Shown one piece after another: positions 33,577 to 40,469 of a DNA stretch of 44,520 bases. Origin of the DNA: Candidatus Nomurabacteria bacterium (lineage in GTDB: Bacteria > Patescibacteriota > Minisyncoccia > Phycocordibacterales > SBAW01); assembly GCA_020854065.1 (NCBI GenBank), contig JADZGF010000010.1:1-44520 (forward strand), in the 5' to 3' direction. Made by a program: the position numbers and the translations under genes. Numbering within the stretch: the stretch's first letter is position 1; each line of letters opens with the position of its first letter. The notes below the pieces were generated by a model that saw only the letters and a program-made list of their open reading frames with translations, was not told the origin of the DNA and did no database searches.

Positions 33577-36033
33577 ATGTTTTCGCTCAAAGGTCTCTTT
33601 GGGGACCCGTCCCAAAAGCTGCTAAAAGACGCTTCTGCGCGTGTGGCCTCTATCAACGCGCTTGAGGGTAAATACCAAGCCCTTTCTGACGAGGAGCTTA
33701 AAACACTCACCCATACCTTCCGCAACCGTATTGCTGCAGGGGAGTCGCAGGATGAGCTTCTGCCTGATGCATTTGCTGCGGTTCGTGAGTCTGCTCGCCG
33801 TACTTTAGGACTCCGTCATTTCGACGTGCAACTTATCGGCGGTATGGTGCTCTGGAATCGCGGCATCGCCGAGATGAAAACCGGCGAGGGTAAAACCTTA
33901 GTAGCAACACTTCCGGCATATCTCGGTGCGTTAATGGCTAAAGGTGTGCATGTGGTCACGGTCAACGACTATCTTGCTCGTCGTGACGCTGTGTGGATGG
34001 GACAGGTATATCACGCGCTTGGCATGTCGGTTGGCATCATTGGTCAGAACGAAAGCTTCCGATACGATCCCTCACACACGAATAAAGATAAAGAAGTGGA
34101 TGAGGTTGGTTCATTCCGTGTGGTCCACGAGTACTTGCGTCCCTGCACGCGCACCGAAGCGTATGAAGCAGATATCACATACGGTACCAACTCAGAGTTT
34201 GGTTTCGACTATTTGCGTGACCATATTTCGTTTGAAAAACGTGACATCCGCCAGCGAGGTCATGTCTTTGCTATCGTGGACGAAATTGACTCTATCTTAA
34301 TTGACGAGGCCCGCACGCCGCTCATTATCTCCGCACCCACAACTGAATCCGAAGATTTATACCGAAGCTTTTCCCGTATTGCTGCTTCACTTGAAGCCGA
34401 AAAAGACTACACGATCGACGAGAAGCGTCGCGCTATTCAATTAACCGACGATGGTATTACCAAATCCGAAAAGGCACTAGGTATAGACAATCTCTACACC
34501 GAGGGCGGGATTAAGCTCGTACACCATCTTGAGACTGCGGTGCGTGCCAAAGCACTCTTCCGTCGTGATCAAGAGTATGTGGTGCAAGGGGGAGAAATCA
34601 TCATTGTTGATCCAAACACCGGACGCCTACAGCCTGGCCGTCGTTGGTCTGAAGGGTTGCACCAAGCCATTGAAGCAAAAGAAGGTGTTCCCCTTCAGCG
34701 CGAGAGCCGTACCTACGCATCTGTTACCTACCAAAATTACTTCCGCCTGTACGACCGCCTTGCTGGCATGACGGGTACCGCTAAAACATCTGCCGAAGAG
34801 TTTTATAAGGTATATCAACTCGAGGTGGTTGAGGTGCCGACAAATAAGCCAGTTACCCGCATAGACGGCAACGATCTTATCTTCCAAACAGAGAAGGGTA
34901 AATTTACCGCTCTTGCACGTGAGGTGAAAAAACTCCATGAGAAAGGGCAGCCAGTCCTTATTGGTACCGTGTCGATTGAGAAAAACGAATTACTCTCCGC
35001 TTTTCTTAAGCGCGAAGGTGTCCCGCACGAAATCCTCAACGCAAAGAATCACGAACGTGAAGGCGAAATTGTCGCCGGCGCAGGAGAGAAGGGTAAGGTG
35101 ACCGTTGCTACCAACATGGCCGGTCGCGGTGTCGACATTAAGCTCGGTGGTGCCACCGCCACTAAAGAAGAATACGAAGAGGTTAAGAACCTAGGAGGCT
35201 TGTTTGTGGTTGGTACTGAACGCCATGAGGCGCGCCGTATTGATAACCAGTTGCGTGGCCGCTCGGGACGCCAGGGTGACCCAGGAGAGACTCGTTTCTT
35301 TGTATCGCTTGAGGATAGCCTCTTGCGCATCTTTGCCCCTGATTCACTTAAAACTATGATGGGCCGCTTTGGTATTGCTGAGGATGAGCCGATAGAAAAC
35401 GCGATGGTTTCGCGTGCGCTCGAGAGTGCCCAGACCAAGATAGAAGGCTTTAACTTCGATGCACGTAAACAGGTGTTGGAGTATGACAATATTCTTGATA
35501 AACAGCGCCGTGCTATATATGAGCGTCGTACGAAGATGCTCATGGGCAGACCTCCTGCTATCGCAGAGCTTTTGCAGGAGTTGGCAGGAGAGAGTACAGA
35601 AGCGCAAGAGATGCTTGCCCGAAAGACTGAAGAGCTTGGTGAAGAGAAGTTTTTGGAAGGAGCACGCCGTTTAGCGCTACGTACGCTTGACCTCTTGTGG
35701 GTAGAACATCTCGAGAGTATGGAGTATCTACGCGGCTCAGTATCGCTGCGTGCCTATGGTCAGCGCGATCCTTTAACTGAATACCGCAAAGAGGGTACAC
35801 GGCTCTATAAAGAGATGGAGGAAATCTTCCGCGGTCAATTATTTGAGTCACTCGAGAAGATGACTGACTCTCCAGCAGAATCACAAACACCAATTGTCAC
35901 GGCGCCTCCGCAGCCTGGAGAAGAGGCTGGTCGCAATGATCCATGCCCGTGTGGATCCGGGAAAAAGTACAAAAACTGCGGGCTTAAAAATACCCCAGAA
36001 CACCAGGTTGCAATGGCTGCCGCGGCACACTAA
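33577..36033 (+). CDS. secA: Preprotein translocase ATPase SecA
   Basis: The track ORF starts at 33370, but the SecA-like sequence begins at Met70 ([17 protein letters not shown]). Motifs [20 protein letters not shown]-type ([20 protein letters not shown]), [18 protein letters not shown] and [14 protein letters not shown], plus the C-terminal zinc motif [13 protein letters not shown]. Confidence 0.95.
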   Translation: [818 protein letters not shown]

Positions 36034-36040
36034 CTAACAG

Positions 36041-36583
36041 TTAGAGGGCAGGGGTAACACTCTCAACATAGGTTGCTCCACATTCTTCCATGATTTGCGA
36101 AGCGCTATCAGAATCCTCTGTATGTGCGCTCACCAATATGTCTCCCGCTTGTACCCGATCTTCGTAGCGTAGTGCAGTCTCTTCATCCATACCCCAACTA
36201 GTGAGTGCGCCAATAAGGCCACCTGCTGCAGCACCCGTTACTGCTCCTGCGGCTCCAGTGCCAAGTGCACCTGCGCCGAGTCCTAATGCAGACACGAGCG
36301 GCCCGGCTGCCACAATGGGTCCAAGTACAGGCAGCATACCTGCAGCGACTGCAAGTCCTGCGACTCCACCCAGTGCGCCGCCTGTTATTGCACCCCGTGT
36401 AGCGCCTTCAGCTGGTCTGCTCGAGCTCACGCGGCTTGTGTCTACTTCCTGCACGCGACCGTTTGCAGAGCGGTATATATAAGAAATTTCGTCATCTCCA
36501 ATCATCGCTTCTCGATGGAGTCGATTAATTGCTTTTTCTGCGTCCTCACGGGCGCTAAATGCGCCGATTACTAGTTCTTTCAT
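36041..36583 (-). CDS. Glycine-zipper membrane/stress protein (YflT/general-stress-protein-17M-like ends, DUF1269-like core)
   Basis: The N-terminus is VIGAFSAREDAEKAINRL. The central Gly/Ala-rich helices include GGALGGVAGLAVAAG...GAGALGTGAAGAVTGAAAGGLIGAL. The C-terminus is EETALRYEDRVQAGDILVSAHTE. Confidence 0.6.
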   Translation of the reverse strand: MKELVIGAFSAREDAEKAINRLHREAMIGDDEISYIYRSANGRVQEVDTSRVSSSRPAEGATRGAITGGALGGVAGLAVAAGMLPVLGPIVAAGPLVSALGLGAGALGTGAAGAVTGAAAGGLIGALTSWGMDEETALRYEDRVQAGDILVSAHTEDSDSASQIMEECGATYVESVTPAL

Positions 36584-36651
36584 AGTCTTATTCTTTAAGA
36601 GTAATTAGGTGCGTTCTTTGTAACTAAAACACAGGAGACTGAAAAACGAGT

Positions 36652-36657
36652 TAAAAT
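36652..36657 (+). promoter_or_regulatory. -10 hexamer TAAAAT 7 nt upstream of the ccdA ATG, giving a leaderless-type start
   Basis: gagtTAAAATagcggaATG, with no SD. Confidence 0.35.
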
Positions 36658-36663
36658 AGCGGA

Positions 36664-37428
36664 ATGTTCGAGATACCGCTCCTTATTGGAGCTTTTATTG
36701 CAGGAATCCTGATGTTTCTGGCGCCCTGCACGCTTCCTATCGTGCCAGCCTACCTCGCGTTCATCGCAGGCGTACCGCTTGATGCGCTTTCTCAAACTGA
36801 TGTTGCAGCACGTCGCAAAGCGCGGCGCGCAGTTATGCGCAACGCGTTAGCGTTTGTTATTGGTTTTTCTCTTATCTTTATTCTTCTCGGTGCTTCTGCA
36901 GGAGTGTTAGGGTCCTTACTTGGACCATGGCGTGGTCTTATTGCGAAAGTTGGAGGAGCTATAGTCATCTTCTTTGGCCTCACCATGCTTGGTCTTATCA
37001 ATGTATCGTTCGTCAATCGGGAACGCCACGTTCGCCTCCCTTCATTCTTGCGTCTCGGCACATTGCCAAGCTCTACGCTTATTGGCGCGCTCTTTGCAGT
37101 GGGGTGGAGTCCCTGCATCGGTCCTATCTTGGGTACCGTGCTCCTTATCGCCAGTAACCAAGCGACCGTCGTGTATGGAGCGGTATTGCTTGGTGTCTTT
37201 AGTCTCGGTTTAGCCATTCCATTTCTGTTAGTTGCTCGTGCGGTTGCAGAGGCAAGTGTACTTCTTGCGAAGCTCTCAGGCTTTGTCAGAGTGGTCTCAA
37301 TAGTGGGCGGTATCGGACTTGTGCTTGGCGGTACATTGATGCTTACAGGAAATATGAACTTGCTGGTTGCGTGGGGGTTCGAACTCTTTAATGGATTGGG
37401 GTATGAACGTTTGCTTGATTACCTCTAG
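36664..37428 (+). CDS. ccdA: Cytochrome c biogenesis protein CcdA / DsbD-family thiol-disulfide electron transporter
   Basis: FLAPCTLPIVPAYLAFIAG and GWSPCIGPILG, the two conserved Cys-Pro motifs, with six TM helices. Confidence 0.85.
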   Translation: MFEIPLLIGAFIAGILMFLAPCTLPIVPAYLAFIAGVPLDALSQTDVAARRKARRAVMRNALAFVIGFSLIFILLGASAGVLGSLLGPWRGLIAKVGGAIVIFFGLTMLGLINVSFVNRERHVRLPSFLRLGTLPSSTLIGALFAVGWSPCIGPILGTVLLIASNQATVVYGAVLLGVFSLGLAIPFLLVARAVAEASVLLAKLSGFVRVVSIVGGIGLVLGGTLMLTGNMNLLVAWGFELFNGLGYERLLDYL

Positions 37429-37434
37429 TAGGTA

Positions 37435-37473
37435 TATAGTGCCGAAAGATCACGTTCATCTATAAAAGGAGGG
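37435..37473 (+). promoter_or_regulatory. Promoter -10 (TATAGT 37435-37440) plus a strong Shine-Dalgarno (AAGGAGGG 37466-37473) for the Ubl cassette
   Basis: Read directly from the sequence. The SD ends 7 nt before ATG 37481 and is the strongest SD in the window. Confidence 0.45.
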
Positions 37474-37480
37474 AAGACAC

Positions 37481-38182
37481 ATGTCCTGGCTAAAACTGCC
37501 GGAATGGCGATTCCTTGGAAGACTAAAGGGGGCGACGGTTCCCGCGCCACTCCCTGTTGCGGCAGATCGCGATCGATGGATACGACTGCGCGAGATGTTC
37601 ACCGAAGAAAAAGGAATGGAGGAGTTTTTCGGGGGAGAATTCGACACACTGCGCAACCACGAACATATCAGGCGTATCCGCGTGAGCGAGGACTATACCG
37701 TGAGTGTCAAGACAAAAAGATTGTTTGCAACGGTCCTCGACAGGACCTGCGGCAAACATAAGAGGCTCTATATAGGAGCCTTTAGGATTACGCTTTCGAT
37801 CGAACCAGGGACTCCAGTGATGGGTCTTGCAAATCGGCCTCGTGCGAAACTTCACACCATAGAGTGCTTGAGCTCAGGCAGACATGATGGCAAGAAAACC
37901 ACTATGTATGTTGTTGGTGGTAACGAGACAGGAGGCTTCTGTTTTGGGGCTCAAGAGGGGAATTCTTTTGTCACCCAACTGGTGACGTCGGGCGAGTTCT
38001 TCACACTTATCTTGTTCGTCATGGCGAGACTTGCTCACGTCAATAAAGAGAATGAGGCAAGTGCGCTGCGCGAGTATCGGCAAGTGCTTCCGGATGGAAG
38101 TGTTGCACAGCGCAGAAAGCCGCCACCCAAGGAAAGGTTGGTCCTCTTGCAAGGTGAATGGCCTATAGGAGAAGAACCATGA
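37481..38182 (+). CDS. Uncharacterised 233-aa protein, first gene of the E1/Ubl cassette (weak UBC/E2-like pattern, unproven)
   Basis: Strong SD and an ATGA coupling to the E1-like gene. No TM helix or signal peptide. Cys residues at positions 90, 129 and 154. The segment KRLYIGAFRITLSIEPG...LHTIECL...HDG...GGFCFG loosely recalls E2 core motifs. Confidence 0.6.
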   Translation: MSWLKLPEWRFLGRLKGATVPAPLPVAADRDRWIRLREMFTEEKGMEEFFGGEFDTLRNHEHIRRIRVSEDYTVSVKTKRLFATVLDRTCGKHKRLYIGAFRITLSIEPGTPVMGLANRPRAKLHTIECLSSGRHDGKKTTMYVVGGNETGGFCFGAQEGNSFVTQLVTSGEFFTLILFVMARLAHVNKENEASALREYRQVLPDGSVAQRRKPPPKERLVLLQGEWPIGEEP

Positions 38183-38853
38183 CTCTCTATCCCGACAGAT
38201 TAGGGTATGGCGTGGTGTGTGTTGGTGCAGGAGGTATTGGCAGCCATGTGCTACCCATGCTTGCTCGTGCCGGCGTCACCCGCTTTGTCCTCTACGACGA
38301 TGACACGGTCGCTGATGTAAATCTCCAGATGCAAAACTTCAATGCTGACGAAATTGGCCAGCATAAAGTGTATGTGATGGAGAAACGCTTGCGGGCTATC
38401 AACCCCGCCGTGTGCATATCGGCACGACCGGTGCGATTTGGTGACTCGGCGGCACTTGACGGTATTGTCGTAAGCGCCGTAGACTCAATGCAGAGCCGCA
38501 CAGAGATCTTTGACGCAGTTCGTCAGAGGCGAAACACCATCGCGCTCTTTATCGATGGGAGGCTGACACGATCAGGAGATTTCATCGATCTGTATTTCAT
38601 CGACCCGAAAAATGGTTACGATATGCAGAGCTATGAATCTCTCTTGTTTGGAGATCCCGGGGGCCCTCAGCCCCCGCGGCCCGACAGTATGACGGCACAC
38701 GTGCCGCTCGTGCTCGCAGGACTCATTGGCGAAGTGCTTGCCCAATGGGGAGCCGGCAGGCGTCACCCCTGGAAGGTGACATATGATGGGTTGGCGCACC
38801 ATACCGAAAGGTATTATGCGCAAGCCTTTTCACAACTGGAGGCTGCTTCATGA
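38179..38853 (+). CDS. Minimal ThiF/MoeB/E1-like adenylyltransferase (adenylation domain only)
   Basis: Start moved to ATG 38179 (ATGA overlap; AGGAG at 38167-38171). Motifs VCVGAGGIGSHVLPMLARAGV, FVLYDDDTVADVNLQMQNF and VVSAVDSMQSR. No CxxC zinc motifs, and no Cys after residue 85. Confidence 0.8.
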   Translation: MTLYPDRLGYGVVCVGAGGIGSHVLPMLARAGVTRFVLYDDDTVADVNLQMQNFNADEIGQHKVYVMEKRLRAINPAVCISARPVRFGDSAALDGIVVSAVDSMQSRTEIFDAVRQRRNTIALFIDGRLTRSGDFIDLYFIDPKNGYDMQSYESLLFGDPGGPQPPRPDSMTAHVPLVLAGLIGEVLAQWGAGRRHPWKVTYDGLAHHTERYYAQAFSQLEAAS

Positions 38854-39056
38854 TCCGTTTTCTGAAAGCTGGCGACACACCCAAGAATGTTCTCTGCAGT
38901 TTCGACAAGACAACGGCAGGTGATGTCCTTGGACAACTCGGCGAAAATGTCGGTGGTGGCAGTGTTCTCACGATCAACGGTCGCGGCGCACAGCCCTCAG
39001 ACCCGGTGAAGCCTGGCGACACCGTGTCGGTTCAACCTCAGGCCCGCAACGGCTAA
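38850..39056 (+). CDS. Ubiquitin-like / ThiS-MoaD-like beta-grasp protein ending in ...ARNG
   Basis: 68 aa, with an ATGA overlap to the E1-like gene. TAGDVLGQLGEN...VLTINGRGAQPSDPVKPGDTVSVQPQARNG-stop matches the ThiS/MoaD pattern (..vNg....pl.dGD.v.i.p...G). Confidence 0.6.
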   Translation: MIRFLKAGDTPKNVLCSFDKTTAGDVLGQLGENVGGGSVLTINGRGAQPSDPVKPGDTVSVQPQARNG

Positions 39057-39080
39057 TAATCAACGTTCGGCAACTTATAC

Positions 39081-39116
39081 GGCGTTGTGCATCATGCACG
39101 GCGCCCTTTTCTTTTT
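39081..39116 (+). terminator. Rho-independent terminator closing the Ubl cassette
   Basis: GGCGTTGTGC-atcat-GCACGGCGCC (10-bp stem with two G-U pairs) followed by cttttcttttt. Confidence 0.6.
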
Positions 39117-39129
39117 GTGTGAGCACAGC

Positions 39130-39135
39130 TAGTAT
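39130..39135 (+). promoter_or_regulatory. -10 hexamer TAGTAT 7 nt upstream of ATG 39142, giving a leaderless-type start
   Basis: gcTAGTATagggttATG, with no SD. Confidence 0.35.
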
Positions 39136-39141
39136 AGGGTT

Positions 39142-39480
39142 ATGTTAGTTAAAGCACTCGTTCATATCATCGCTACAGCCGCCGCGCTCGTGGTTATGAC
39201 TCGTATGGTCCCCGGCATATCAGTCGAGGGCTGGTATAGCGCCCTGATCGTCGCTGTCGTCTGGGGTCTTTTGGGGGTTACGATTCGTCCTATTTTGGGG
39301 CTTTTGACGCTTCCTATAAATATCATCACGTTCGGGCTTTTCTCATTCGTACTGAATGCGCTCCTCTTTTGGTTTGTTGCCTCTATTATCCAAGGGTTCG
39401 ATGTAGCAGGGTTTGTCCCCGCGCTTATCGCTTCCGCCATCCTCGCTCTGGTCTCTTACGCGGTGGGCATGCTTTTCTAA
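39142..39480 (+). CDS. DUF360 / phage-holin-4-family small membrane protein (YvlD-like)
   Basis: 112 aa with four hydrophobic helices. Motifs ITFGLFSFVLNALLFWFVASII and GFDVAGFVPALIASAIL. Confidence 0.75.
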   Translation: MLVKALVHIIATAAALVVMTRMVPGISVEGWYSALIVAVVWGLLGVTIRPILGLLTLPINIITFGLFSFVLNALLFWFVASIIQGFDVAGFVPALIASAILALVSYAVGMLF

Positions 39481-39481
39481 T

Positions 39482-40456
39482 ATGGCTCTTGTAGATGAAC
39501 TAACAATCGAGGCCCGGGCCGGCCGCGGGGGAGATGGCGTTGTCCGCTGGCTCCACCTCAAAGGCAAAGAATATTCTGGAGCAGCTGGGGGAAACGGCGG
39601 CAATGGTGGTGATGTATACGTACGTGCAGTACGGGATATTTCTTTACTTGCACGATACCGTGGAGAAAAGAAATTTGTCGCAGGCAATGGCGATGCGGGT
39701 GGTAATCAAAGTAAACACGGCAAACAAGGAAGCGACATAATTGTTGATGTGCCTGTTGGTTCAATTGTGCGAAATACTGCAACAGGTGAAGTCTTTGATC
39801 TCACTGCCGACAATCAAACGCAATTAGTTTTGAAAGGGGGGAGAGGTGGCGCAGGTAATGTCGTGTTTAAGTCCTCTGTTAATACTGCTCCTACTGAATG
39901 CACACCCGGACAAGAAGGCGAGCATGCCATTCTTAAAATTGAGTTGCGCCTTATTGCCGACGCAGGTCTTATTGGACTTCCAAATGCAGGCAAGTCATCA
40001 CTTCTTAATGCACTTACTGCAGCAGGTGCAAAAGTCGGCTCCTACGCGTTTACCACCCTTGACCCAAACCTCGGTGCATTTTATGGCTATGTTTTGGCAG
40101 ATATCCCCGGTCTTATCGAAGGGGCTTCAGATGGGAAAGGATTGGGTACCAAATTCCTTCGTCATATTGCTCGCACGAAGCTTTTGGTGCACTGTGTCTC
40201 TCTTGAGTCAGATGATCCTCTCCGAGATTACGAGACTGTCCGGGCCGAGATATCGGCTTATGAAGACGGTATTTTGGGAAAAAAGACCGAGATTATCGTC
40301 TTGACCAAATCGGATATGCGCGACCCTGAAACTATTGCAGCGGTACGTAAGGACTTCGAAGGGAAAGGACTCACCGTACTTGAGGTCACTATTCTTGACG
40401 ATGCCTCAGTCAAAGCGTTTGGAGAGAGGCTTGTTTCTTTGCTCCGGGCAGCCTAA
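39482..40456 (+). CDS. obg: GTPase Obg/CgtA (short form)
   Basis: Start moved to ATG 39482 (MALVDELTIEARAGRGGDGVVRW, the Obg fold with Gly-rich repeats). G1 is GLPNAGKSSLLNALT, G3 is DIPGLIEGA and G4 is LTKSD. Confidence 0.9.
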   Translation: MALVDELTIEARAGRGGDGVVRWLHLKGKEYSGAAGGNGGNGGDVYVRAVRDISLLARYRGEKKFVAGNGDAGGNQSKHGKQGSDIIVDVPVGSIVRNTATGEVFDLTADNQTQLVLKGGRGGAGNVVFKSSVNTAPTECTPGQEGEHAILKIELRLIADAGLIGLPNAGKSSLLNALTAAGAKVGSYAFTTLDPNLGAFYGYVLADIPGLIEGASDGKGLGTKFLRHIARTKLLVHCVSLESDDPLRDYETVRAEISAYEDGILGKKTEIIVLTKSDMRDPETIAAVRKDFEGKGLTVLEVTILDDASVKAFGERLVSLLRAA

Positions 40457-40469
40457 ACTCTCCTTATAT

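Noticed and set aside
35049-35543. 164-aa minus-strand ORF inside secA (and similar ORFs at 34627-34938 and 35558-35893)
   Set aside because: secA is unambiguous on the + strand. The antisense translations have no motifs.
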